63,588 nt of DNA from assembly GCA_041671485.1 (NCBI GenBank), contig JBAZBL010000007.1:1-63588 (forward strand), read 5' to 3'. Shown piece by piece: positions 7,771 to 16,973 of this stretch; positions within the stretch are counted from its first letter, which is position 1; each line of letters opens with the position of its first letter. The notes under the pieces are model-generated. The model was not told the origin of the DNA. It worked only from the letters and a program-made list of their open reading frames with translations, and made no database searches. This DNA is from Minisyncoccota bacterium (GTDB lineage: Bacteria; Patescibacteriota; Minisyncoccia; Phycocordibacterales; PALSA-1337). Made by a program: the position numbers and the translations under genes.

Positions 7771-10347
7771 TTACCTATTCTCTTTTACAGGTAGCGATTG
7801 TCTTTTCTCTGGAGTAGATGTTACTGGTGGTTGTGCATCAGTAAAAGGTGATTTGCCTGCATATAGATTTTCTAGGATAAATGATAGTTCTTTATTGTCT
7901 GGATTTGCCTTTTTCAATTCCTCAAATACAGTAACTGCTTCTGTTGTCTTATTTAGTCTTACATAGGAGAGACCTAGGAAATATTGTGCATTGGCATATA
8001 CTGGTTGCAATTTGATCGCTTCCTCTAGCGCTTGTGCTGCAAGAGTGTAATTTTTGTCATTATAAGCCAATAGACCGAGCTGGAAGAATAGTAATGGATT
8101 TTGTGGATTTATCTGTGTTGCTACATTTGCAGATATTATTGCGTCTTTCAGATTGCCTTGTGTAGCTTGGATCTGTGAAAGTAGGAACACTGCATCAAGA
8201 TAATTATTCTTGACTTGAAGTGCTTGACCTATTGTGGCAAGAGCATCATCGAGCTTATTTTCTCCAGCCTGAACTTGTGCCAAGTTTACATATAGAGATG
8301 GATTTAGTGGATTCAATCGAATTGCATTTGTATATGCAGTAACTGTATTTTCATAAGCATTTGTCATCTTGACTTGGGCAGCAACACTAGACACTCTTGC
8401 TTCAGAAACATAGTTATAATAATTGGTTGGATCGTAGGCAATTGCACTTCTTGCAGCTTCAATACCAGCATTTATGACATTTGACAATTTGGTTACAATT
8501 TCAGGCGTAGAAGTTGTTGCTATTGATATTATCTGATTTGCTTGTATACGACTGTTTTCAGCCAATGCTTGATAGTAAATATCAGAAGGATTCAGAGATA
8601 GTGCTTTTCGGAATGATTTATCTGCTGCAATAGAGTCTTGTGTAGTATTGATCTCCTTGATACCCGATGCAAAATAACTAAGTGATATAGCCTTGCTTAT
8701 ATAGATGAGTCCCCAAAGAAGAGCAACTATCATAAGAGCTACTATTACTATCGAGAAAATCATCTTCATTGTTTTATTATCTCTTGGAACTATTTTAACT
8801 GGTCTCAATATACCAGTATGAACTGCATTTGCGATACAAATCCCTGTCATTAACAATGCAAATAGCATAGTCACGTGTGACGGTACATAGAGGAGTGCAA
8901 TGATCCATAACATTATCATTGATCCACAAGATGAAAGAGTTACAAATCTAGATTCTGGATTGTCTGGCAATCTCTTTAGTATCCTTGTCGCAATAATTCC
9001 AAGAAATACCAAGAACAATATCCATAAGACTGCACCAACGCCACCTTGTGCAACGAAAAGGGTTGGAATAAATCCAAAACCATTTCCAAATTCTATTGAC
9101 CATGCATTTGATAGATTGAATCCGAGTGGCTTGTATGCCATAAATGCTTGAGCAAAATGATTTGGTCCAATGCCAAACCACGGATAATTCTTTATAGCAC
9201 CACTTGCAACATCTACTGTCATTTGCCATGGAAGTGATAATTCTACATATTGAGTATTTGTGCTTTCAATAACTGGTTTTGCTACATTGTCACCTTGCCA
9301 TACTAGCAATAATGAAATAATAGCAATGACAAGAGGTAGCCATGAAATATGAGCAAAGAATGACTTATTTCCACCAGAACTGTGTTTACTTGCACGCCAC
9401 AAAGCTATAGATATTGCAAGAAATGCAATAAATACACCCATCCAAGCAATAGAATGATTGATAAGATATATAGTTAGGAAAGCCAGTATACCAGTTACTA
9501 TATATCCGATCCTAGCACGTTTTGAATTGTTTAGAGTTATAAGAGCGATAGAAGATATCATCATTACTATGAGAGCAAATGCAGAAAGATCGTACCATTT
9601 ACCGAGAATAGAAGATGTACTATCCAGAAATACCGACATAGTCAAAAATGTTGGTCCAAAGATAAGACGTAGTCCTTGGAATAAGAAAACAATACAAAAT
9701 ACAATAAGCAATGAACGGTATATTAGTGAGACTCTCTTTGGCTCTCGTCTCACAGCTTCGAATGATACAAGTCCTGCGACAAATAGAAGAACCACAAATC
9801 CAACTGTACCAATCTCAAAGCCTTGTCCAAAGAATGATTTGGCTACATGGATACTTAGGAATGAAGATATCATAAGAGACAATACAAGCAATATACTAAT
9901 CCAAGATATTGATTTTGGTGGCAAATTTATAGATTTTTCTTTGAATACAATAAAGCCATAACAAATGGCAGAAGCGAGAATGCCAATTATGATTACAAAT
10001 GATTTTGCAACATCAAGAGCAAGATATGGTGTCGGTACAAAAACGATTGGTGCCAAGATTATTGTTACTAGTAAAATATAATTGGCAATTCTCTCCAATC
10101 TACCCTTTTTCTTTTCTATTCGATCAACATTATTCATGGTCGGTGTAGGTGTTGGAGGAGGTATGGGTGCCTGCGGTTTTTGTGTATGTTGAATATTCAA
10201 ATTTATATGATTGCCTGATCCTTGATCATTGTTTGGTCGTGGTGGCTTTGGTGAGTCGAACGACATACGATTTGGCTGACGGTCGCGGTTATTTTGAGGA
10301 TATCCTTGTGTTGAGGAATTGTCCTGTACTGATTGATTGTTATTCAT
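7771..10347 (-). CDS. O-antigen ligase-like polytopic membrane protein with C-terminal TPR repeats
   Basis: 858 aa: Pro/Gln-rich N-terminus, more than 10 TM segments, and TPR-like repeats in the last ~300 aa. Confidence 0.5.
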   Translation of the reverse strand: MNNNQSVQDNSSTQGYPQNNRDRQPNRMSFDSPKPPRPNNDQGSGNHINLNIQHTQKPQAPIPPPTPTPTMNNVDRIEKKKGRLERIANYILLVTIILAPIVFVPTPYLALDVAKSFVIIIGILASAICYGFIVFKEKSINLPPKSISWISILLVLSLMISSFLSIHVAKSFFGQGFEIGTVGFVVLLFVAGLVSFEAVRREPKRVSLIYRSLLIVFCIVFLFQGLRLIFGPTFLTMSVFLDSTSSILGKWYDLSAFALIVMMISSIALITLNNSKRARIGYIVTGILAFLTIYLINHSIAWMGVFIAFLAISIALWRASKHSSGGNKSFFAHISWLPLVIAIISLLLVWQGDNVAKPVIESTNTQYVELSLPWQMTVDVASGAIKNYPWFGIGPNHFAQAFMAYKPLGFNLSNAWSIEFGNGFGFIPTLFVAQGGVGAVLWILFLVFLGIIATRILKRLPDNPESRFVTLSSCGSMIMLWIIALLYVPSHVTMLFALLMTGICIANAVHTGILRPVKIVPRDNKTMKMIFSIVIVALMIVALLWGLIYISKAISLSYFASGIKEINTTQDSIAADKSFRKALSLNPSDIYYQALAENSRIQANQIISIATTSTPEIVTKLSNVINAGIEAARSAIAYDPTNYYNYVSEARVSSVAAQVKMTNAYENTVTAYTNAIRLNPLNPSLYVNLAQVQAGENKLDDALATIGQALQVKNNYLDAVFLLSQIQATQGNLKDAIISANVATQINPQNPLLFFQLGLLAYNDKNYTLAAQALEEAIKLQPVYANAQYFLGLSYVRLNKTTEAVTVFEELKKANPDNKELSFILENLYAGKSPFTDAQPPVTSTPEKRQSLPVKENR

Positions 10348-10392
10348 TTCTTTATAATTAATAATTGCTTTTAAACAATTTGTATTATAAGA

Positions 10393-10423
10393 GAAAACAC
10401 TCCTTTTGTGAAGGAGTGTTTTC
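10393..10423 (-). terminator. Hairpin terminator at the 3-prime end of rnpB
   Basis: gaaaacactcc-N9-ggagtgttttc, a perfect 11-bp stem. Confidence 0.6.
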
Positions 10424-10429
10424 CTGTGG

Positions 10430-10858
10430 ACTACTGCACAATAAGCCGAATTCTGTGCGAAGCACCCCGAGTTAAATCGAGGGGTTTCGGTAACAATTAT
10501 CTATCTAGCCCCAAGATTGTTCTCGGGGTCAAGCGACTCAGACCAAAAGCTATATTACTAGCTATTGGAATACGGTCTTGCACTGAAGTAAGGATTTTGC
10601 CGTTGCACTTCCTTGTTACCAAGGAATTCACCCTAAATATACTTGCGCATATCGAGGGTACCTCTGCCTTTCGGCTTTGGCGTCACTGTTCGCACCTCTA
10701 ATCAAAGACCAAATTGATTTGACGGGTATTACCCGCTACTATTCTGCCTTATGAAAGCGATCGCTATCCAATCTTCACAAGGCCAGTGTTCGGACTTTCC
10801 TCTCCTCGACTCGGTGCCAAATAGGCACCTCGCTCGGAGCAATTGTCTTGTGCAGCTA
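10430..10858 (-). ncRNA. rnpB: RNase P RNA (bacterial type A-like)
   Basis: The minus strand carries the universal P4 halves GAGGAAAGTCCGAAC and ACAGAATTCGGCTTAT. P1 pairs CTGCACAA with TTGTGCAG. The region is GC-rich, and the ORFs called here are spurious. Confidence 0.9.
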
Positions 10859-10863
10859 TCAGC

Positions 10864-10892
10864 AATATACACTATTTTAAGAGGTTTGACAA
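10864..10892 (-). promoter_or_regulatory. rnpB promoter
   Basis: Minus strand TTGTCA-N17-TATATT, ending about 6 nt upstream of the predicted P1 5-prime end. Confidence 0.6.
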
Positions 10893-10915
10893 GATACTGT
10901 CCTTTTAGATATTTT

Positions 10916-11063
10916 AGCTTGGAGAATATGCTCCCTTACCTCCACGCAAAGTCACCATTCCAAATTGCAACCGCATTTGCTTACAAGGATTCAGCAAATG
11001 CGGGCAATTTGTTCATGGTTCAGATCGCATTGCGTGTCGGTTCGAGAGCATATTCTCCAAGCT
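10916..11063. repeat. 18-bp perfect inverted repeat enclosing a 112-nt structured core (element C)
   Basis: agcttggagaatatgctc ... gagcatattctccaagct. Inner hairpin accgcatttgct/agcaaatgcggg. The right arm ends 3 nt from the nrdJ stop codon. Confidence 0.6.
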
Positions 11064-11066
11064 AAA

Positions 11067-13394
11067 CTACACAATCTCACAAACTCCAGAGACACAAGCC
11101 AATTCTTTCTTGAGATCTGTTTCATTTTGCTTTTCATAGGTAATTATCTTGGAATAATCTATATGTTCTAATCTCTTTGAAAGTTCCCTAAAAGTCTTTT
11201 CATCTATCGCTTCATATGGTGCAAGTTTATAGACATGATCTTCACGAGGCAAGAATGATAGACCACCAACAATATTCCAATTTTTATAAACCCAATTTGC
11301 AACTTCTATCCATTCATCATTCCCTATTGATATAGTTACAGATGGATTGTGTTCGGTGAAATTGATCTTGACCATTTTCCAATACTCGAGCTGTTCAATA
11401 GCACTAAGGTCATTTTTGAAAGTTGTTGTTCCCTTTGGTGCAGACACTGGAAATTCCAAAACAAATGTCGTTGCATTTTCTGCAGTTTGCCCAACTTCTG
11501 GGAAAAACGGTACACCCTGATCTTTTAACATCTTGAATAATGCATCTGTCGAAGATATTCGTACTCTACGAACATAATATTTTGCATGACGTGGATGCAT
11601 ACCAGATGAACAGTCAAATGTTTGAGATCCATTACCAGACGGTTTGACACACGTTACAGCAGTCGAAGCAGATATACCAAATCGTTTTGCATATTCTTGA
11701 TTGACTCTTATAGCTTCATCACGGAGTCTCTTCATGACTTCTGGCTTCCTTACGGCTGGACAATCCCATTGACCAGTGATAGATACTCCCAACAATCTCT
11801 CCTTTTCACAGTTTTCTCTCCATTCTTTGGAAAGATATTGAAAATTTGTCAGCATTGACTGATATGTACCAAGAATCGCCGCAATGCGAATCTTTTTCAT
11901 AAGAGTTCTCTCTGTATCTTCTGACCTTGCAACGACTTCGGAAAGATTACAAAATTGCTTTGATTGAAGTATTATCTCACCACATGGATTTACACCTATA
12001 AGTCCAATGATATGTTGTCCAGACGAATCGAAATATCCTTTGTATTCTTTTAGAACTTTTATACGACGTTCAGGCAAAGTAAGTGCTAGTGAACCGCGGT
12101 TGAATATACCTCTTTCTCCTGACTTGCTCTCGACTAGGGCCATCCATTCTTTTAGAAATTCTTCATTTGTTGGTTTATTGATATATACTGCAGAATTATT
12201 GGCCAACATCCTATGAGGATATGTCATATAGAATGCACCTTTCTTGGCATCACGTATTTCTGAATCATCGAGGTCAGACAAAGAGATAAGGGCGCTTCTC
12301 CTTACTCCACCAGAAACTATACATTCGCCCATCATACAAATGATGTCGTGTATATCTATATTTCTTAGTCTTCTGCCTTGCCTATCGAACATAATCTGAC
12401 GAGTGAAAGCCAATAAGCGTGTGAGTGGTTCTGGGCCAGATGCTTTACCACCACCTATTTTGAGGCGAGCTCCCAATGGTCTGATCTGGGAAAAGTCAAA
12501 ATCAATATCCTTACCCGATGCCCAAGCATTGGCACCAACAACAAATGCTTCACACCAACCTTCTTTGGAATCAGCGACAATATGAGTTTTGATTTTATCA
12601 CCAGTCTGAATCATGATTTGTGGAAATTTCTGTACATTTGCACTTTCTGCAGAAAAGCCTACACCTGTACCATTCATAGATATATACATGATTTCAGAAA
12701 GATCCTGAAATGATTCTGGTGCTATATAAGAACAATTGTATGCACATACATTTGTTCTTCTGGCTGCTGGACCAGCGAATTGCAAGAGGCGCATAGATGG
12801 AATTGCTGATTGTGTCAAGATATTTTCTCTTATTTCCTTATACTCTTCTTCTTTGAGTTTGCTTCCCAGATTTTCTTTCATGAAACCGATATACCTATCT
12901 ACTGTTTCTATCCAAGTTTCTCGACGATTTTCCTGATCTATCCAGCGTGAATAAGTCCTATAATAAACAAACTGTCCAAGAGCATTACGAAAATATTTCT
13001 TTGAATCACTAGCAAGCTTGCGTACATGCTCTGGTACTTCATAGCCTTTTGCACGTATCTTTGCTCGCTCTTCTCGATAGAGAACATAGTGCTTGGCGGC
13101 TTTGACATAGTCGGAGCGCATCAATTCTTGCTCAACAATATCCTGAACTCCTTCAACTGTAGGCAAGAAGTTCTTGAATTTGCGTTTTATGCGTATGAGT
13201 TCTGCATGAACCTGTAGAGCAACTGTCTTTGCTTCTTCCATTGAACCTTCTTGGACAGTATTCATACCCTTCCAAATAGCATTTGTGATTTTATCAATAA
13301 GAAAAGGCACTATTCGACCATCTCTCTTTATTATTGTGGGGATGGAAGGAGCCTTTACCGCTTGCCCCGAAGCGGTTTTTTTCTTTTTTGGCAT
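11067..13394 (-). CDS. nrdJ: Class II (adenosylcobalamin-dependent) ribonucleotide reductase
   Basis: 775 aa with active-site motifs NPCGEI and CNLSEV and a C-terminal redox Cys pair. Confidence 0.9.
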   Translation of the reverse strand: MPKKKKTASGQAVKAPSIPTIIKRDGRIVPFLIDKITNAIWKGMNTVQEGSMEEAKTVALQVHAELIRIKRKFKNFLPTVEGVQDIVEQELMRSDYVKAAKHYVLYREERAKIRAKGYEVPEHVRKLASDSKKYFRNALGQFVYYRTYSRWIDQENRRETWIETVDRYIGFMKENLGSKLKEEEYKEIRENILTQSAIPSMRLLQFAGPAARRTNVCAYNCSYIAPESFQDLSEIMYISMNGTGVGFSAESANVQKFPQIMIQTGDKIKTHIVADSKEGWCEAFVVGANAWASGKDIDFDFSQIRPLGARLKIGGGKASGPEPLTRLLAFTRQIMFDRQGRRLRNIDIHDIICMMGECIVSGGVRRSALISLSDLDDSEIRDAKKGAFYMTYPHRMLANNSAVYINKPTNEEFLKEWMALVESKSGERGIFNRGSLALTLPERRIKVLKEYKGYFDSSGQHIIGLIGVNPCGEIILQSKQFCNLSEVVARSEDTERTLMKKIRIAAILGTYQSMLTNFQYLSKEWRENCEKERLLGVSITGQWDCPAVRKPEVMKRLRDEAIRVNQEYAKRFGISASTAVTCVKPSGNGSQTFDCSSGMHPRHAKYYVRRVRISSTDALFKMLKDQGVPFFPEVGQTAENATTFVLEFPVSAPKGTTTFKNDLSAIEQLEYWKMVKINFTEHNPSVTISIGNDEWIEVANWVYKNWNIVGGLSFLPREDHVYKLAPYEAIDEKTFRELSKRLEHIDYSKIITYEKQNETDLKKELACVSGVCEIV

Positions 13395-13548
13395 ATTGCG
13401 TTGCAGGCGGTGCGCCGCTAGTGCTTATTAATTGTTAATGATAATTTTCTGTAGTAAGTAAATTTATTCTACTCCGAGTATGCAAGGAGAGGAAGTGTGG
13501 ATAACGCTTTATAGCATGAGATTTCAAAAAAGTAAAAACTCTTTTGTT

Positions 13549-13738
13549 TTGTAAATATGAATATGCAATTTTGGAGTTCTGCGTAACTCGTTCGGTAAAT
13601 TTCTAGATAAAAGGCTCGGGGATTTGTAAACAAATCCCCACAACAACGCCTTTTACCAAGAAATTTATACTCACCCTGCCTGCCGGCAGGCAGGTCAAAC
13701 AGTACTCGATCTCCAAAATTGCATATTCATATTTACAA
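13549..13738 (-). repeat. Nested-hairpin structured element, copy A (core oriented on the minus strand)
   Basis: 28-bp perfect closing stem (13549-13576 / 13711-13738). The core shares 4 collinear conserved blocks with copy B at 17877-18069. Confidence 0.75.
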
Positions 13739-13741
13739 AGA

Positions 13742-14299
13742 TCAAAAATTAAGAACTGTTCCAGTTGCAATACCCAAGCGATCGCTTGCACCAGCATTTA
13801 CTTCAAGGACAAACTGTATATCAGATGGTGGATAGAAAAACTGAGGGAAAGTATCTGGTGATACATCCTTTGCAATACCGACAACTTCACGGTTTGAACG
13901 AATCCATATAATATCAATTGGAAAATTCATATCTTTCATCCAGAAACCATACTTCCCTACACTTGGAAATATGAATAACATTCCAGCATTATTTGGTAAA
14001 GATTCCCTATTGCTCAAACCCAATTCCCTTTGCGTAGGGTTATTGGCTATTTGCACTCTCAAAGTATCACTTTTTAGTTTTATCGTCGTTGTTGCATAAG
14101 ATTTATCGAAGAATTGTAATTCTGATTTATTTTGATTTATATACCGATCAGTAGAACTAGCAAATTGATTAGTCGAACTAGCTAGAAATTCTCCGAGAGA
14201 TGGAAAAGCTTTTGTCGAAATCATATAGTTCGCCAGAATAACTATTCCGACAATCCCAACTACTGGAATAATAAATTTTGAAAAAGTAGATTGTGGCAT
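13742..14299 (-). CDS. DUF192-family protein
   Basis: 185 aa: N-terminal TM, then GLSNRESLPNNAGMLFIF...FWMKDMNFPIDIIWI...VLEVNAG, typical of DUF192/COG1430. Confidence 0.75.
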   Translation of the reverse strand: MPQSTFSKFIIPVVGIVGIVILANYMISTKAFPSLGEFLASSTNQFASSTDRYINQNKSELQFFDKSYATTTIKLKSDTLRVQIANNPTQRELGLSNRESLPNNAGMLFIFPSVGKYGFWMKDMNFPIDIIWIRSNREVVGIAKDVSPDTFPQFFYPPSDIQFVLEVNAGASDRLGIATGTVLNF

Positions 14300-14334
14300 T
14301 CTAAAATAATCTTATATTTTGTTTGGATAAAAAG

Positions 14335-14366
14335 GGGCGGCTCCAAAACCCAAACGGAGCCGCCTT
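14335..14366 (-). terminator. Rho-independent terminator of the GC-rich small gene
   Basis: Minus strand ggcggctcc-N11-ggagccgcc followed by ccttttta. Confidence 0.7.
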
Positions 14367-14402
14367 GATACTTCGTGAAAAGCCCTAAACCCATGTTTGT
14401 AT

Positions 14403-14651
14403 TCACGAAGTAAAACTAAATTCTGGATGTTCCAAAGCAAATCTCTTCCTGAATGCTCCAAATCCACCGTGAGTCAGAGAATGGATCCGTTTCTCATCTG
14501 ACGATGGTGGATGATGCATTGCTTCTCCCGCGCCCCACGAATTCAGAGGGCTTTCGCAATCCTCGGCATAGCCTTGAAAAAACTTGACAAGTAGCAGTTG
14601 TTCAACTACAACTTCGCTTTCACTTTTGCATGGTTTTTCTCCAGTATTCAT
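14403..14651 (-). CDS. Hypothetical 82-aa protein in a GC-rich mini-cassette
   Basis: ORF trimmed to the ATG at 14651, which is preceded by GGAGGTG-cac. No family recognised. Confidence 0.45.
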   Translation of the reverse strand: MNTGEKPCKSESEVVVEQLLLVKFFQGYAEDCESPLNSWGAGEAMHHPPSSDEKRIHSLTHGGFGAFRKRFALEHPEFSFTS

Positions 14652-14779
14652 GTGCACCTCCAGTCTTGTTAATTGATCTGTATATAATTGTACAGCTATC
14701 CTATAAGAGTGCAATAGGACGATTTATTTATCAATAATGGTAATCATATTGAAATTCTGCTAATCTTGAATAACCATTT

Positions 14780-14866
14780 GGAGGGTTCGCATAGTGGTCT
14801 AGTGCGCGTCCCTGGAAAGGACGTATGTCCGAAAGGGCATCGAGAGTTCGAATCTCTCACCCTCCG
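14780..14866 (+). tRNA. tRNA-Ser (GGA)
   Basis: Acceptor GGAGGGT/ACCCTCC, anticodon arm CGTCC-CTGGAAA-GGACG, long variable arm, T arm GAGAG-TTCGAAT-CTCTC. Confidence 0.9.
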
Positions 14867-14871
14867 CCTTC

Positions 14872-14922
14872 GCTACGCCGAAGCACGATTAGTGCGGAGG
14901 CGAACATTTGTGACGGCGTAGC
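14872..14922. repeat. GC-rich hairpin abutting tRNA-Ser; possible degenerate member of the GC-rich palindromic family
   Basis: gctacgccg ... cggcgtagc stem. Internal gaggcgaa...acatttgtgacggcg resembles the right half of the 38137 and 40792 copies. Confidence 0.3.
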
Positions 14923-15082
14923 TACAGCGTGATACAATCCGCAATATGTATTATGTATACAGCTTAATTAGACTTTTATGTAGCTATTCAAGATAAGTAT
15001 TTAGCTTTTAAGCTTGAATCATATTTCAAATCTGGTTCTGGAAGAACATTTATCAAAAGACATTTTATACAAAAAATGACGA

Positions 15083-15793
15083 TCAAGAAACAATCATCTC
15101 TAACTTATCTTTCTTCAACCTTTCAATAGAATATCGAAACATTATTCTCGGCATCTTTTGGGCATACTTTCTCAAGAAAGATATCAGTGTCTTCTCATCC
15201 CTCTTTCCTACTTCTCTTAACATCCAGCCAACTGCTTTATGGATGAGATCGTGTTGATCTTTCATCAAAATTTCGGATAGTGCAACCGTATCTTGGAAAT
15301 CATTTTTGCTTATAAAATATAGCGTAGAAATGATAGCAATACGTCGCCTCCAAATATCTTTTGATTTTGCAAGTTTATACAATATTTTCCTACTTTTACC
15401 TTCGTCAAAAAGATATTTACCCAAGATTCTCGGAGCAGTGAGATCAACCAAGTCCCAGTTATTGACATAGTCCAGATTGGACAAATAGAGATCCACAATA
15501 GACTTAGATACTTTTGCCAAAGATTCTACTTTGTAAACCAATATGAGGAAACCCGTCAAACGTACTTCATGATATTTATCTCGCAATAATTCACCTATTT
15601 GTTTGAGATCCAATTCCACATATTTGCGAGCAATACTTCTCTGCACAGGAACTACAATACCTAGGAATTTATCCCCTTCTCCATATTCTCCTTTACCTGT
15701 TTTGAAAAAACGCGAAAGCAAGACTACTTTTTCTGGATCAGCAACTTGTTTCAATCTATTTTTGACCGATTTGGGTAGAAGACGTATTTTCAT
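15083..15793 (-). CDS. DNA alkylation repair protein (AlkD/AlkC-like HEAT repeat)
   Basis: 236 aa with family signatures VNNWDLVD, WRRRIAI, KAVGWMLREVGK. Confidence 0.7.
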   Translation of the reverse strand: MKIRLLPKSVKNRLKQVADPEKVVLLSRFFKTGKGEYGEGDKFLGIVVPVQRSIARKYVELDLKQIGELLRDKYHEVRLTGFLILVYKVESLAKVSKSIVDLYLSNLDYVNNWDLVDLTAPRILGKYLFDEGKSRKILYKLAKSKDIWRRRIAIISTLYFISKNDFQDTVALSEILMKDQHDLIHKAVGWMLREVGKRDEKTLISFLRKYAQKMPRIMFRYSIERLKKDKLEMIVS

Positions 15794-15830
15794 ATCATGA
15801 ATAAAGATAGCATATCACCACCCATAAATA

Positions 15831-15839
15831 TGGTAAAAT
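15831..15839 (+). promoter_or_regulatory. Extended -10 (TGgTAAAAT) 7 nt upstream of ATG 15847; leaderless candidate
   Basis: taTGgTAAAATacatctcATG. Confidence 0.35.
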
Positions 15840-15846
15840 ACATCTC

Positions 15847-16068
15847 ATGCAAACTAATAATGAAAAAATAAGAAATCTTGCATCTGGAGATGGTGATTAT
15901 AAACTTGTAGTTGATTTCTTGATAGAAGAAAAAAGATTTGAGAAAATATTATTTCCTGATCTAGAAAGAGCATCTTCTCTATATAAAAAACTATCAAATA
16001 AACATTTTGCTAATTTAGATGATGTTTGTACAAGAAATAAAATAGGTAAAAAGAAAAGGGTGCCTTAG
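15847..16068 (+). CDS. Hypothetical 73-aa protein
   Basis: ORF with a -10 box directly upstream; no family recognised. Confidence 0.4.
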   Translation: MQTNNEKIRNLASGDGDYKLVVDFLIEEKRFEKILFPDLERASSLYKKLSNKHFANLDDVCTRNKIGKKKRVP

Positions 16069-16179
16069 GTAATTAACCGTTTGGACCCCTCTTCGTCGTA
16101 ATACTTATATACTAGCCAATTATTAATCAAAAGTCAAGTCACGATTTGGAATTGGATTTTGGTAATATTACAAAACAAA

Positions 16180-16185
16180 TATAAT
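16180..16185 (+). promoter_or_regulatory. -10 box (TATAAT) 5 nt upstream of ATG 16191; leaderless candidate
   Basis: aaaTATAATgtataATG. Confidence 0.35.
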
Positions 16186-16190
16186 GTATA

Positions 16191-16961
16191 ATGAAAACAA
16201 ATAAAACATCATGGGGAAAAGTAGCAGATTGGTATGATGATCTGCTTGAGCGATCGCCAGATTCATTCCAAGAGAAAGTGATACTGCCAAACTTACTTAG
16301 ACTATTGGATATCAAAAAGGATGTTTCTGTACTTGATGTCGCCTGTGGTCAAGGGTATTTTACTAGAGCATTCCACGAAAAAGGTGCGCAGGTAACTGGT
16401 TTTGATATTTCACAAGAATTGATTGACCTTGCAAAGAAGTCTGGTGGAAATAAGATCAAATATTTTGTAGCATCAGCAGATGATTTTACAAAGACAGTTG
16501 ATCAGGACAAATTTGACGCTATTACAATAATTCTTGCCTTACAAAATATAGAAAATATAAATGGTGTTTTCGAAGAATGTGCAAAGGTGCTCAAACCCGG
16601 TGGACAGATAGCAATTGTGCTCAATCATTCAACCTTTCGTATACCCAAGAGATCTAGTTGGATTTGGGATGAGAAAGAGAATAAACAATATCGCAGAATA
16701 GATGGATATATGAGAGAAAGTCATACAGATATAGACATGACACCAGGAGAAACCGATCCTTCACGCAAAAAATATACAGTATCATTCCACCGCCCATTGC
16801 AAACATATTTCAAACTTCTCGACAAAAACGGTTTTGCTATCAACAGATTAGAAGAATGGATCTCTCATAAAGCCAGCCAGCCGGGGCCTAGGGCAAGTGA
16901 AGAAGATAGGATGAGGAAAGAGATACCTATGTTTATTGCTATGGTTGCAAAGAAGTTTTAG
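16191..16961 (+). CDS. Class I SAM-dependent methyltransferase
   Basis: Motif I VLDVACGQGYFT and post-I/II motifs. Confidence 0.8.
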   Translation: MKTNKTSWGKVADWYDDLLERSPDSFQEKVILPNLLRLLDIKKDVSVLDVACGQGYFTRAFHEKGAQVTGFDISQELIDLAKKSGGNKIKYFVASADDFTKTVDQDKFDAITIILALQNIENINGVFEECAKVLKPGGQIAIVLNHSTFRIPKRSSWIWDEKENKQYRRIDGYMRESHTDIDMTPGETDPSRKKYTVSFHRPLQTYFKLLDKNGFAINRLEEWISHKASQPGPRASEEDRMRKEIPMFIAMVAKKF

Positions 16962-16973
16962 TATCAAATCTGT

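Noticed and set aside
10887-10915. Plus-strand promoter TTGACA-N18-TATTTT driving element C
   Set aside because: The same hexamer read on the minus strand (TTGTCA-N17-TATATT) is correctly placed for rnpB, which is a much better explanation. The plus-strand -10 is poor.
10408-11065. ORF-track CDSs 10408..10701, 10751..11065 and 10965..11171
   Set aside because: They lie on RNase P RNA (both P4 consensus halves are present on the minus strand) and on the structured element next to it. The translations are not protein-like.
13395-13548. Cobalamin riboswitch or NrdR boxes in the nrdJ leader
   Set aside because: I found no B12-box-like core (GCCACTG with a conserved GGTG...AATCC context) and no NrdR-type 16-bp palindromes. 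The structure upstream is the element A hairpin, which has a paralog in an unrelated context.
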